NCBI GenBank assembly: GCA_051003155.1
Contig: JBPCLO010000013.1
Coordinates: forward strand, 32,001-96,000
Direction: 5' to 3'
Origin: Fimbriimonadales bacterium
GTDB lineage: Bacteria > Armatimonadota > Fimbriimonadia > Fimbriimonadales > ATM1
DNA length: 64,000 bases
Below the pieces are notes generated by a model. It saw only the letters and a program-made list of their open reading frames with translations, did not search any database and had not been told where the DNA came from. This document shows positions 46,650-56,868 of the stretch, in pieces. The translations under genes were made by a program, and so were the position numbers. The first letter of the stretch is position 1. Each line of letters starts with the position of its first letter.

Positions 46650-49394
46650 CTAACACCCCGTGGTTTGTTGGGCGAGCACACCCGCCGCCGCCGCCAGAGC
46701 TGCATCGACCTTGGACGGGTCCTTGCCACCGGCCTGCGCGAACTCGGGCGATCCACCGCCACCGCCCCCGGCGATCTTGGCGACCTCGCGCACCAGGTTG
46801 CCGGCGTGCACGCCGCCCCTTACCGCCTCCTTGCCGACCTTGCAGATGAAAGTGACACGGCCGTTCCCCGAGACGGCGACGAGGCCGACGCCGGCAGGGT
46901 CTTTCTCGATCAGGCGGTCCGCGAGGAGCTTGCCGGCTTCTACGTCGCCCGAGGTCACACTTTGCGCGTAGAGGCGAACGGCTCCGACCACTTTCGGCTC
47001 GACCGAACTCGGATCGACGTCCCGCTTTCGCGCATCGCCTTGGACCTTCTTCGCCTCACGAAGTCGAGCTTGGAGTCTTTCCGCAGCCTTGGGCATGTCG
47101 TTCGGGTTCGACCTGAGCAGGGCGGCGGTTTCTTTGATCAGATTCTCGCGGTCGCGCGCCAACCGGTAAGCGCCGAAACCGGTCACGGCTTCGATTCGGC
47201 GCACTCCGCCGGCGCTGGAGCTTTCGCCGGTGATCTTGAAGAGGCCAATTTCCGACGTGCGCTCGACGTGAATGCCGCCGCATAGCTCGAGGCTAAAATT
47301 GTCGATTTCGACCATGCGCACCTTGTCGCCGTACTTCTCGCCGAAGAGCATCATCGCTCCGCGTTTGCGGGCCTCGGCAAGTGGCACATTAGGGTGGATG
47401 GAAACGGCGGTGGACTCTGCAATCTTACGGTTCACCAGATCCTCCACGTGATCGATCTCCTCTGGTGTCATGGCCTGGCCGTGCGTGAAGTCGAACCTGA
47501 GTCGGTCGGGAGCCACCAAGGAACCGGCCTGGGTGACGTGTTTTCCCAAGTCCTCGCGCAGCGCCGCGTGCAGCAGGTGCGTGGCGGTGTGGTTGCGAGT
47601 GATATCTCGTAGCCGTGCGGAATCCACAACCGCTTCGACCGGACGAAAGAAGGCGCCCGAGTGCATCGGTTTCTGAATGGCATCGCGGTTAAGCCCTTTG
47701 ACATCGCCGACTTCGGAGCGGACAAGGTCGGCGTCGTGCCAAGTCTGGCCGAGCTCTTTCCATGTGTCGGCAACGGTAAATTCGAATGTGTCGTTCGATA
47801 TGGTGCCGGTATCTCCGACTTGACCACCCGACTCGGCGTAGAACGGCGTCTCGTCGAGGCAGATCTGAAATCGGCCGGTAGTTAGTCCGGCCTCGTCGAA
47901 CCGGGGGCTGATCTGCACGAGATTGGCTCGATGGCGGTCCGTTTCATATCCCACGAACCGCGTGAATGTGGGTGCGTTGGGGGCGGCGAAGAGGAGCAGT
48001 GTCTCCGCGAAGAGGGAAGAACTGCCTTGTGCGGCGCGAGATCGCACCTGGACATCGGCGAGGTGCTCGTTGTACTCGTCGAGATTGACGCTGAGGCCGT
48101 GCTCTGCCGCGAGTTCCTGTGTGACTTCCAGCGGGAATCCGAAGGTGTCGTAAAGAAAGAACGCATCCGCGCCCGTAACTTTGCCCTCCCTTTTTAGGAG
48201 TGTTTCGAAGCGAGCGACACCATCCGACATGCCGCTCCGGAACAACGATTCCTCGCTTTGCAGCGTACACTCGATTAATTCGCGGCGTTCGCTCAATTCG
48301 AGGTAATAATCGCCGAGAGCCTTCTCTACCGATTTGGCGAGGTCCGAAAAGAATTGCGTTTTTAATCCAAGAATTCGGTCACCTTTGAGGATAGCTCGGC
48401 GAATTAATCTGCGAAGAACGTAACCTCGGCCGCTATTGCTCGGCAAAACGCCGTCGGCTACGCACATGCAGGCGCTCCTAGCATGATCGGCGATAACTCT
48501 TGCGGCCGCCTCTTTATTCCCGTCGGACCCCAATTCATAGCCCGCCCTCGCGGAAATCTCCTCCATGATCGGCGCAAACACGTCCGTTTCGTAGACGCTG
48601 GGCATGTCACCGAGAACGCTTGCCGTGCGCTCGAGCCCGCTTCCGGTATCGATGCCGTTTTGCGGCAGCGGGTCGAGGCCTTCGCGGGTGTACCCTAAAT
48701 GTGGCTTGGCAGGATCCTTCAGGTGGCCACGCCATTCGAACTCCATGAAAACGAGATTCCATATTTCGAGCCAACGGCCCGCTTTTTCGTCTTGTTCATA
48801 ATTGCCGGCCAATTCCGAATCAGGCACGGTCTGATAGAATATTTCGCTGCACGGTCCACAAGGCCCCGGCGGGCCGTTCGTTAACGCGCCGGCTGGCCAG
48901 AAATTAGCGTTTTCGTCTAAGCGATGAATTTTGTCTTCGGCCTTAAATCCTGCGTTACGCCAGACTCTTGCCCAAAGATCGTATGCTTCGTCGTCTTCAT
49001 TAAAGACGGTCACGCAAAGTTTCCTGGGGTCAATACCGAGCCACTCCGGAGACGTGAGAAGGTCCCACGCATACTCGATCGCGCCCTCCTTGAAATAATT
49101 GCCGAAACTAAAGTTTCCGAGCATTTCGAAAAAAGTGAGATGCGACGGATTTCCGACATCCTCGATGTCGACGGCCCGCACGCACTTTTGGCTGTTCACG
49201 AGCCTCCGACTCGGCGGCTGCGCGATACCTCGAAAATACGGCTTGAACTGCACCATGCCGGCGCCGGTGAACAGCAGGCTCTCGTCGAGCTTGCCGGTGA
49301 CGTCGATCGGAATAAGGGGAGCCGAATCGTGCCGAGTGTGGCCCTTCGATTCGAAGAACTCAACGAACTTTCGGCGCAGCTCTCGTGCATTCAT
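46650..49394 (-). CDS. alaS: Alanyl-tRNA synthetase
   Basis: AGMVQFK, H.TFFEMLGNFSFG, IDTG.GLER, NHTATHLLH, ELCGG.HV, GGGGG.P..AQAGG. Confidence 0.98.
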   Translation of the reverse strand: MNARELRRKFVEFFESKGHTRHDSAPLIPIDVTGKLDESLLFTGAGMVQFKPYFRGIAQPPSRRLVNSQKCVRAVDIEDVGNPSHLTFFEMLGNFSFGNYFKEGAIEYAWDLLTSPEWLGIDPRKLCVTVFNEDDEAYDLWARVWRNAGFKAEDKIHRLDENANFWPAGALTNGPPGPCGPCSEIFYQTVPDSELAGNYEQDEKAGRWLEIWNLVFMEFEWRGHLKDPAKPHLGYTREGLDPLPQNGIDTGSGLERTASVLGDMPSVYETDVFAPIMEEISARAGYELGSDGNKEAAARVIADHARSACMCVADGVLPSNSGRGYVLRRLIRRAILKGDRILGLKTQFFSDLAKSVEKALGDYYLELSERRELIECTLQSEESLFRSGMSDGVARFETLLKREGKVTGADAFFLYDTFGFPLEVTQELAAEHGLSVNLDEYNEHLADVQVRSRAAQGSSSLFAETLLLFAAPNAPTFTRFVGYETDRHRANLVQISPRFDEAGLTTGRFQICLDETPFYAESGGQVGDTGTISNDTFEFTVADTWKELGQTWHDADLVRSEVGDVKGLNRDAIQKPMHSGAFFRPVEAVVDSARLRDITRNHTATHLLHAALREDLGKHVTQAGSLVAPDRLRFDFTHGQAMTPEEIDHVEDLVNRKIAESTAVSIHPNVPLAEARKRGAMMLFGEKYGDKVRMVEIDNFSLELCGGIHVERTSEIGLFKITGESSSAGGVRRIEAVTGFGAYRLARDRENLIKETAALLRSNPNDMPKAAERLQARLREAKKVQGDARKRDVDPSSVEPKVVGAVRLYAQSVTSGDVEAGKLLADRLIEKDPAGVGLVAVSGNGRVTFICKVGKEAVRGGVHAGNLVREVAKIAGGGGGGSPEFAQAGGKDPSKVDAALAAAAGVLAQQTTGC

Positions 49395-49419
49395 TGGAAT
49401 GGCTCAAAGGGTACCCATC

Positions 49420-52400
49420 TCACCGGATGTTGAAGTACTTCGCCTCGGGGTGATGGCACACGATCGCGCTTGTGGATTGCTCCGGCACGAGCATGAACTC
49501 CTCGGTGAGTTCGATGCCGATCTCCTCGGGACGCAGCAGTTCGAACAAGGTAGCTTGGTCCTCGATATTCGGGCAAGCCGGGTAGCCGAACGAGTACCGG
49601 CAGCCGCGGTATTTTGTGCTGAAGAGCAGCTTTATTTCCTGGGCATCGTCGCCGCCAAAGCCCCATTCCTCTCGCACGCGCTTGTGCCAATACTCTGCGA
49701 GCGCCTCAGCGGTCTCGACCCCCATGCCGTGGACGTAGAGGTAGTCCTGATACTCGCCATCCGCGAACATCTCCCTTTCGAGCTTGCTGACCTCGGAGCC
49801 GGTCGTCACGATAGTGAAAGCGGCGATGTCCATTTTTCCTGACTCGGTCGAATGGAAGAAGTCGGCGAGGCAAAGCCGCCTGTCCGTGGACTGCCGCGGG
49901 AATCTGAACCGCGCGCGAGCGACCTCCATGTCTTCGTGGTAAATAATCAGGTCGTTGCCGCAAGACTGCGCCGGGAAGTAACCATAAGCGACGCGTGGCC
50001 TGAAAACCTCCGCCAATTCGTTTTGCATTCTGGCGAACACCGGGCGGGCAGTCTCCTCCAAGTATTCGTTGAATTGCGCGTTATCCATGTCTTTGGGCCG
50101 TTTAAAGCCCCATTGTCCACGAAAGAGCGCAATTGCGTTAATATAGGGATAGACCTCGCGAATATCGATATCCTCGACGATCCGCCGACCCATAAAAGGT
50201 GGTTGTGGTGTTTCGATGTCCGTTGCCACATTGCTCTTCACACCGGCGAATGCGTAGAGCTCGGGATTTGTGTCCGGTAGGCGGTGGCTGGTGACGCGCT
50301 GGTAGACGGGTTCCTCGGTCTCTTCTTTATCCTTTGAAGCCGGAACTTCGTCGAGGCTTTCCATGATGTGCAACCCCTCGAAAGCGTCCTGCGCGTACCA
50401 AAGCTTGCCCTTGTAAATGCTGCGCAAGTCCTGCTCGACGTATGCGCGTGTGAGCGCGGCGCCGCCCAGAATGACAGGGAAGTCCTGCAGGCCCCGATCA
50501 TTCATCTCGACAAGGTTTTCCTTCATTACCAGCGTGCTTTTCACCAAAAGCCCGCTCATGCCGATGGCCTCGACTTTATTCTCTTGAGCTGCGGAGATAA
50601 TGGCGCTGATCGGCTGTTTAATGCCGATGTTGACCACTCGATAACCGTTGTTGCTTAGAATAATATCGACTAGATTCTTGCCGATATCGTGGACATCACC
50701 GGCAACAGTCGCTAAGAGGATGGAGCCTTTTTCGTCTCCCTCCACTTTTTCCATCAACGGTTCCAAGTGCCGCACGGCGGTCTTCATGACCTCAGCGCTT
50801 TGCAGAACGAAGGGCAGCTGCATCTTGCCTGCGCCGAAAAGCTCGCCGACCTCTTTCATTCCGTCGAGCAGAAGTTCGTTGATGATTTGGAGCGGCTCAT
50901 AAGTTTTAAGCGCTTCATTAATGTTTTCTTCGAGGTTTTTCTTGATGCCGTTGACGATATGTCCCTTGAGCCGATCTTCGATCGGGAGCGCTGCTAGAGA
51001 ATCCTCCGTCGGGCGCGAAGACTGTATGTTCTCGAATTGCGACATGAAGTCGACCAGCGGGTCGTAGCCCTCGGTGCGCTCGTCATAAACCAGTTTGCGG
51101 GTCAGTTCCCAGAGATCGGGTGCGACTTGGCTCTCCGGCATGATTTTCGAGGCGTTGACGATCGCACTCGACAGGCCCGCTTCGCGACAGTAGTGAAGGA
51201 ACACCGAATTAAGCACGTACCGAGACGACGCCTTAAGGCCGAAGCTGATGTTGCTGACGCCGAGGAGCGTGTTGACATCCGGATTTCGCGCGACGAGTTT
51301 GGCGATGGCGCCTATCGTCTCGATGCCGGCCTTTCGGAACTCTTCGTCGCCAGAGCCGAGCGTGAACGTCAGCGTGTCGATAAATACGTCGTGGTCCGGC
51401 AATCCGTAGGCGCGCGTGCTCTCCAGAATCCTCTCGGCGATTGCGACCTTTTTGTCCGCTGTCTTCGCCATGCCGTCCTCGTCGATGGTCAATCCCACGA
51501 CAGCCGCCCCGTACTTTTGGCATAGGGTAAGCACTCGCTCGACCCTCTCGCCGCCGTCCTCGAAGTTGATCGAGTTGACGATAGCTTTGCCCGGTATCCG
51601 CTTCAGAGCTTCCTCGATAACCGGCCATTCCGTGCTGTCCAACATAATCGGAACGGTCACCTGCTTCGCGTAATCGAACAGCAGGCGATTCATATCCTTT
51701 ACTTCGTCACGCCCGACATAGGCCGTGCAGACGTCCAAGACGTGCGCGCCTTCGGCCTCCTGTTCCCGTGCGAGTTCGGTCAGCGCGGTCCAGTCTTCGG
51801 CGGCGAGCAGGTCGCGGAACAGCTTGCTGCCGTTCGCGTTTGTCCTTTCGCCGACAATGAGGAAGCTCGGGGTTTGGTCGTACGGCTGGAATTGGTAAAG
51901 CGATGAGCAGCCGACGAGCGGTTCGATCTGTCGCCCTACGGGCTTCATTTTGCCGATGGCTGCCGTCACTGCCTGGATGTGATCCGGCGTTGTGCCGCAG
52001 CATCCACCCACGATGTTCACACCGAATTCGGTGGCGAACTTCAGCTGGTACTCCGCTAGGTCGGCGGGTGTCAGCTTGTACGCTGCCTGTCCGTTTTCCA
52101 TAACCGGTAGGCCGGCGTTGGGCAGGACGCTGATCATTCGGGTCGAATGCTGTGACAGATATCGAACGTGCGGCTGCATCTCCTCTGGCCCCGTGGCACA
52201 GTTGATCCCGATGCCTGTGACCTCGGGAAAGCACTCTAAAAAGTTAACGGCCGCGCCGATCTCACTGCCCACGAGCATCGTGCCGGTCTGCTCCATCGTC
52301 ACCTGCACGAACAGCGGGATACTGCTTCCGGCCTCCTTGAGCGCCGCGATCGCGCCGCCGACGGTCGCTTTCACGTTCAAGAGGTCCTGCATCGTCTCGA

Positions 52401-52857
52401 TCAGCAGGCCGTCTACGCCGCCTTCGATCAGCGCCTTGAACGCCGCGTAGTAGCTATTGTGAACCTCGTCGAAACCGATATTGCCGAGCGTGATCAGCTT
52501 CGTGCCTGGCCCGATCGCGCCAAAGACGTACTTGCCCGGGCCGGAGGCGTCCCTTGCCTCGCAAGCGATTTCCGCGGCGGCGGCGGAGATCTCCACAAGG
52601 CGTTTGCCGATGTCGTACTCGTCCAAAACATAGTCGATTGCGCCGAATGTGTTCGTTTCGACGATGTCGGCGCCTGCATGGTAATAGCGCGCGTGGATGT
52701 CCCGAATCAGTTCGGGCCGCGTAATGCTGAGAATCTCGTTGCAGCCGTCAAGCCCGTCGAAGTCCTCCGCGGAGAGATCCACAGCCTGGATTTGAGTCCC
52801 CATCGCGCCGTCGCAGACGAGCACGCGCTGCCTCAGGGCTTCGATTAGGCTTGCCAT
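49420..52857 (-). CDS. metH: Cobalamin-dependent methionine synthase
   Basis: DGAMGT, GINCA.GP, GGCCGT, GERTN.NGSK, GDVHDIGKN, RYSFGYPACP. Confidence 0.97.
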   Translation of the reverse strand: MASLIEALRQRVLVCDGAMGTQIQAVDLSAEDFDGLDGCNEILSITRPELIRDIHARYYHAGADIVETNTFGAIDYVLDEYDIGKRLVEISAAAAEIACEARDASGPGKYVFGAIGPGTKLITLGNIGFDEVHNSYYAAFKALIEGGVDGLLIETMQDLLNVKATVGGAIAALKEAGSSIPLFVQVTMEQTGTMLVGSEIGAAVNFLECFPEVTGIGINCATGPEEMQPHVRYLSQHSTRMISVLPNAGLPVMENGQAAYKLTPADLAEYQLKFATEFGVNIVGGCCGTTPDHIQAVTAAIGKMKPVGRQIEPLVGCSSLYQFQPYDQTPSFLIVGERTNANGSKLFRDLLAAEDWTALTELAREQEAEGAHVLDVCTAYVGRDEVKDMNRLLFDYAKQVTVPIMLDSTEWPVIEEALKRIPGKAIVNSINFEDGGERVERVLTLCQKYGAAVVGLTIDEDGMAKTADKKVAIAERILESTRAYGLPDHDVFIDTLTFTLGSGDEEFRKAGIETIGAIAKLVARNPDVNTLLGVSNISFGLKASSRYVLNSVFLHYCREAGLSSAIVNASKIMPESQVAPDLWELTRKLVYDERTEGYDPLVDFMSQFENIQSSRPTEDSLAALPIEDRLKGHIVNGIKKNLEENINEALKTYEPLQIINELLLDGMKEVGELFGAGKMQLPFVLQSAEVMKTAVRHLEPLMEKVEGDEKGSILLATVAGDVHDIGKNLVDIILSNNGYRVVNIGIKQPISAIISAAQENKVEAIGMSGLLVKSTLVMKENLVEMNDRGLQDFPVILGGAALTRAYVEQDLRSIYKGKLWYAQDAFEGLHIMESLDEVPASKDKEETEEPVYQRVTSHRLPDTNPELYAFAGVKSNVATDIETPQPPFMGRRIVEDIDIREVYPYINAIALFRGQWGFKRPKDMDNAQFNEYLEETARPVFARMQNELAEVFRPRVAYGYFPAQSCGNDLIIYHEDMEVARARFRFPRQSTDRRLCLADFFHSTESGKMDIAAFTIVTTGSEVSKLEREMFADGEYQDYLYVHGMGVETAEALAEYWHKRVREEWGFGGDDAQEIKLLFSTKYRGCRYSFGYPACPNIEDQATLFELLRPEEIGIELTEEFMLVPEQSTSAIVCHHPEAKYFNIR

Positions 52858-52891
52858 AGGTTCAATTATGGCAGTTACGGCTTAGTGTGGG

Positions 52892-52946
52892 CTTGGCGGC
52901 GGAGGCGAAGCCTTCCAAGCAAAGGAATCGCCTTCGCTCAGCCAAG
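52892..52946. terminator. Long imperfect hairpin between the oxidase gene and metH
   Basis: CTTGGCGGCGGAGGCGA ... TCGCCTTCGCTCAGCCAAG. Confidence 0.45.
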
Positions 52947-52953
52947 GGCTTGA

Positions 52954-54675
52954 TTAGCTGTCAGCCGGCGGGACTATCTTCACGTATTTCGCCATCTTGC
53001 ATCGCAAGGGCTGGCCGTTGTCGCCCGGTTTCAGGACGAACAGCATGTACCACCCGTAGGGAGCGACGACGTTGCTTACCGGGCCGCTGAACGATTTCAC
53101 CAGGCCGGTTCCGCCCAACGTTACCGGTATATAACGGGCGTTCATGTCTACGCTGTTGGTTATTGCGCCTAAGGCAATTAGACACGCTTGGTTCACGTTG
53201 GAATTGCTCACCGTCACCGTGTTGTTTGCGCTTCCAATCGCGATCTGATCGGGGCCGGCCGTAATTTCGGGCCGCGTTCCAGGGGCATAGTCGGGCAAGT
53301 AGATCTGAGCGGATGGCGGCTGTGTCGAATACTCGGTAGGCCAGCCTACATCTCCGCCGCCCAAGTAGACGCGGGCGTCTGGAAGCAGCCCGATCGTCGA
53401 ATGATATCCTCGGAAAACCGGGTTCAGTATGGTGCCGATCGCCGCGACCGATGTCCATATATCAGTAACGGGGTTCCAGATTTCAGCTGACTGAACCCAA
53501 TTGGCAGTAAGCTCGCGGCACCAGGGCGCATGATTTTGTAAACCACATCTGCCGTGGTACTTCGTGGCGCCCGCCGCGAACACGCGTCCGGTTGGAAGAA
53601 CGGCCATATTGTGATCGATACGCAAGCTGTTCATGTCGGCCTTGTACGTCCAAAGCGAGCCGAGCATCGTCTGTGTGATGTCGATGATTTGCGTGTTCGT
53701 GGTCGCTTCCATCCGGTCGATCGTGCCTCCGTATCGCTTGCCGGTGAACGGATCGGGCTCGTTGTTTGGATCGCGCGACTCGACGTCGCCTGTCACCAAG
53801 ACGAAGCCGGGCTTGTACATGATCGGCGTTCCGTGCCAAAGGTCGGCGTTTCCTCCGTAGGGAATCCTACCGCCAATACTTGCGCCCGACGTGTCGAACG
53901 TGAAGGTGTCATAACTTTCGAGGCCGCCTGTGCCATGGTGCCTTCCGCCGCCTGCGAAGAACACTTCGGTAGCTGAGATCGGGTAGATGAATGGATAGTT
54001 AAGCAGGTCGTAGTCGTCCAATTCCGGCATGAGCCACGGCGCCAGCAGGTTCGTGACGCTCGGGTTCATCTCGAACGGCTCGACGACGAACGCCGTTTCG
54101 TCCCCGGGTGTGTCGGGGTCATCCTCCATAGCCTGACCGGCGAATGTCCCGATCCTGCCTCCCGGCATTCGGATTGTGGTTGGGTAGTAGCGAGCCTTGT
54201 TAAGCCAGTACGACTCCGGGGACTCGAGCCACATGTTCGTCGCCGGGTTGTAAGTGGCGACATATCTGAGTGGCACGTGGTCAGAATTGAAGTTAGTTCC
54301 TGTTATCGCGATCTTGCCGTCCTCCATCAAGGTCTGGCCACAGCAGAACGCTTCGTAGGTGAGCGAGAAAGGCTCCGGCAAGGTTCTGCCAAACGTCCCG
54401 AACCCAGATTCCCATGCCATGGCCGGGGTCCAAGTATGTGGGCGGACGCCTGAGTCGCCGAAGTTGTTCCGACCCCAGAAGATGATCTTGCCCCTGTTTC
54501 CCATCGCGGGGTTAGTCGGCGGGACGTGGACCCAGTGAATCGCTCTGCCGGATCGCTCCTGCGGCCAACCCTGAGCTCCACCGATCCATTGCCAAGTGGT
54601 CGGGGGCTGCTGCGCCGAAGCCGTCGATATCAATGCAGCCGCAACTGAAGCAGCCGCAAGCCTAAGTGTATTCAT
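52954..54675 (-). CDS. Secreted galactose/glyoxal oxidase-like (AA5) Kelch protein with C-terminal DUF1929-type Ig domain
   Basis: Signal peptide; FCCG, ARYYPT, RGYHS..LLPD.RV..GG, RP.I, APYGWYMLF. Confidence 0.85.
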   Translation of the reverse strand: MNTLRLAAASVAAALISTASAQQPPTTWQWIGGAQGWPQERSGRAIHWVHVPPTNPAMGNRGKIIFWGRNNFGDSGVRPHTWTPAMAWESGFGTFGRTLPEPFSLTYEAFCCGQTLMEDGKIAITGTNFNSDHVPLRYVATYNPATNMWLESPESYWLNKARYYPTTIRMPGGRIGTFAGQAMEDDPDTPGDETAFVVEPFEMNPSVTNLLAPWLMPELDDYDLLNYPFIYPISATEVFFAGGGRHHGTGGLESYDTFTFDTSGASIGGRIPYGGNADLWHGTPIMYKPGFVLVTGDVESRDPNNEPDPFTGKRYGGTIDRMEATTNTQIIDITQTMLGSLWTYKADMNSLRIDHNMAVLPTGRVFAAGATKYHGRCGLQNHAPWCRELTANWVQSAEIWNPVTDIWTSVAAIGTILNPVFRGYHSTIGLLPDARVYLGGGDVGWPTEYSTQPPSAQIYLPDYAPGTRPEITAGPDQIAIGSANNTVTVSNSNVNQACLIALGAITNSVDMNARYIPVTLGGTGLVKSFSGPVSNVVAPYGWYMLFVLKPGDNGQPLRCKMAKYVKIVPPADS

Positions 54676-54687
54676 TTGTCCTCTCCT

Positions 54688-55743
54688 TTATTGTGATCTT
54701 CGTCGTCGTGATCGACGCGAAATCGTTAGCGCGCAGATTGCAAGCGCAAGCGAAATCAATGCTGATGGCTCCGGTACAGGGTTGAGGACGAGCCAGCGAG
54801 CCTCTCCTCTCAGACCACCCCCCGCCAGCACCTGGCCGGCATCATTCACGGCGACTCCAAGAGTTATTCTGTAATCTGTTCCCCCCGCCACTAGGTCAGC
54901 AAGCTTGTACAGGTTCCCTTTCTCCCACAGGAACCCGTGAAGTATGCCCTGCGAGTCGTTTGACCAGCCGACAACTTGGGACCGATCGTTGACGTCGTAA
55001 GCCTTACCAACGTTCCCGAAATCGCCAAGGTCGATTGCCTTGCCATCCCGCCAGAGAACCGGGCGCTGCCCGCCCCCGGTTACAAAGGCCATGCCCGCGA
55101 TTTCACCAAGCTCATTGATTTCTCCGCTTTCGCTAAAGTCCGACCAAGAAGGGTTTATGTCGTAGAGCTTCCCCTCGATCCAACGGGCGGCGTGCAGCGT
55201 GGGGCCGCCGTCGTCGACATTGATTGCGCCCGCAACAACGCCTGAGTCGTTGATGGAGCTTCCGCCGCCCCGATCTTCCGGCGAGCCCAGATAATCGATA
55301 TTCCCGTCCTCCCAAATGAACGGCCGGCCGAATACCCTTCCCGTCACCTGCGCGAGGTTGTTGAGCCCCCGCGCCGCGGGGAACTGCGGGCCAGCCGGCA
55401 AGTTCATATCGAACACCTTGCCGTTTCTGTAGAAGATCGAATGCTGTGAGTCCGTGCCCAGTGGGTCGTGGCCCAGCGCGTCTCCATTGTCCGCAAGGTC
55501 GCTGAGGCCCCACGGATGGCCCATGTACTTCGGCAGCATCCGCAACTGTCCATTCTCCACGACGCAAGCTTGGTTCTGGTGATCGTTAAGCCTGATGTTC
55601 GCGCCGACGACCCCCTGATCGTTGATGTCGTTCGCCAGAAACCGCTCACCGAACATCTCCGTGAGGTCGATCACCTCGTACATCGGCTGCGCATCAAACG
55701 CAGAGAAGGCTAAGCAAACAGCGAATACCCCTGACGATCGCAT
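54688..55743 (-). CDS. HAF-type extracellular repeat protein with PEP-CTERM sorting signal
   Basis: Repeats of (A/G)..IND.G.V.G ... (F/L)W..G...DLG; C-terminal VPEPS, TM helix, RRSRRRR. Confidence 0.88.
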   Translation of the reverse strand: MRSSGVFAVCLAFSAFDAQPMYEVIDLTEMFGERFLANDINDQGVVGANIRLNDHQNQACVVENGQLRMLPKYMGHPWGLSDLADNGDALGHDPLGTDSQHSIFYRNGKVFDMNLPAGPQFPAARGLNNLAQVTGRVFGRPFIWEDGNIDYLGSPEDRGGGSSINDSGVVAGAINVDDGGPTLHAARWIEGKLYDINPSWSDFSESGEINELGEIAGMAFVTGGGQRPVLWRDGKAIDLGDFGNVGKAYDVNDRSQVVGWSNDSQGILHGFLWEKGNLYKLADLVAGGTDYRITLGVAVNDAGQVLAGGGLRGEARWLVLNPVPEPSALISLALAICALTISRRSRRRRSQ

Positions 55744-55851
55744 GCTTGCATTGTACAGAAAAACGAGGCTTTGCAAGCTGATCTTAAACGCGATGCTTCT
55801 CGGCCCCGCGAATTAGAGGCGATCGAGGCGATTGTATTACAATGCGAACAA

Positions 55852-56868
55852 ATGCTACCGCTTTGCATTTTCATCGCCACGGCCGGGCCGCTCGACAATC
55901 CTCCGCACCCGAACGGTTATGTGTGCGGTCGCGGGACGCCGTCCATCGACGGCCGGCTCGCGGATCCCGCGTGGGAAGACGCCCCTTGGACCGAGGACTT
56001 CGTGGACATCGAGGGCAATCTGAAGCCGCTCCCCCGCTTCAAAACGCACGCCAAGATGCTGTGGAACGACGAGTACTTCTACGTGGGCGTAGAAATGGAG
56101 GAACCGCACGTCTGGGCCACTCTAACCAAACACGATTCGGTGATCTTTTACGACAACGATTTCGAGGTCTTCGTCGACCCGGACGCCGACAACCAGAATT
56201 ATTACGAAATCGAGATCAACGCGCTAAATACCGAATGGGACTTGCGATTACCGAAGGCCTACCGTGACGGCGGGCCGGCTCTGGATAGTTGGGAAATACC
56301 GGGACTCAGACACGCGGTGCACGTCGAGGGGACGCTGAACAATCCCCACGACACCGACAAGGGCTGGAGCGTGGAGATCGCCATTCCTTGGAAGGCGCTC
56401 GGCGAATTCGCCGTCTGCCCGTCGCCTCCGGCGGAGGGCGACCAGTGGCGGGTTAATTTGTCTCGGGTCGAATGGACGACCGACATTGTGGACGGAAAGT
56501 ACGTAAAGATTCCGAAAAGGCGCGAGGATAACTGGGTCTGGTCTCCTCAGTGGGTGATCGATATGCATCAGCCGCAAATGTGGGGTTATGTTCGATTCGC
56601 AACTTCGAAGGCAGATTTTCGCCAGGACGAAACGCACGTTGCGCGGATGTTCCTGCATCGGGTTTATTACAAGCAAAAGGAGCGCGTCTCGAAGGGCTTC
56701 GCCGGTTCGCTTGCCGCTTTGGGCTTGAAGCCACCCGATGGAGTCTTCTTGCGCGAGCCCCGCGTTTTCATAACACCCACCGGCTACGAGGCGAGCGGGA
56801 TCGTTTCGGTGGAAGGCAAACCGCGCCGGCTTACGATACGAGAAGATTCGAGGATTATCCTCGAATGA
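55852..56868 (+). CDS. CBM9-like (DOMON-type) carbohydrate-binding family protein
   Basis: P.IDG.L.D.AW, KMLW.D.YFY, DFEVF.DP, W.VE.AIPW, WR.N.SR, WVWSP. Confidence 0.8.
   Translation: MLPLCIFIATAGPLDNPPHPNGYVCGRGTPSIDGRLADPAWEDAPWTEDFVDIEGNLKPLPRFKTHAKMLWNDEYFYVGVEMEEPHVWATLTKHDSVIFYDNDFEVFVDPDADNQNYYEIEINALNTEWDLRLPKAYRDGGPALDSWEIPGLRHAVHVEGTLNNPHDTDKGWSVEIAIPWKALGEFAVCPSPPAEGDQWRVNLSRVEWTTDIVDGKYVKIPKRREDNWVWSPQWVIDMHQPQMWGYVRFATSKADFRQDETHVARMFLHRVYYKQKERVSKGFAGSLAALGLKPPDGVFLREPRVFITPTGYEASGIVSVEGKPRRLTIREDSRIILE

Noticed and set aside
52858..52953. Cobalamin or SAM riboswitch upstream of metH
   Set aside because: The gap is under 100 bp, lacks the conserved cores, and metH has a -10 only 7 nt before its ATG
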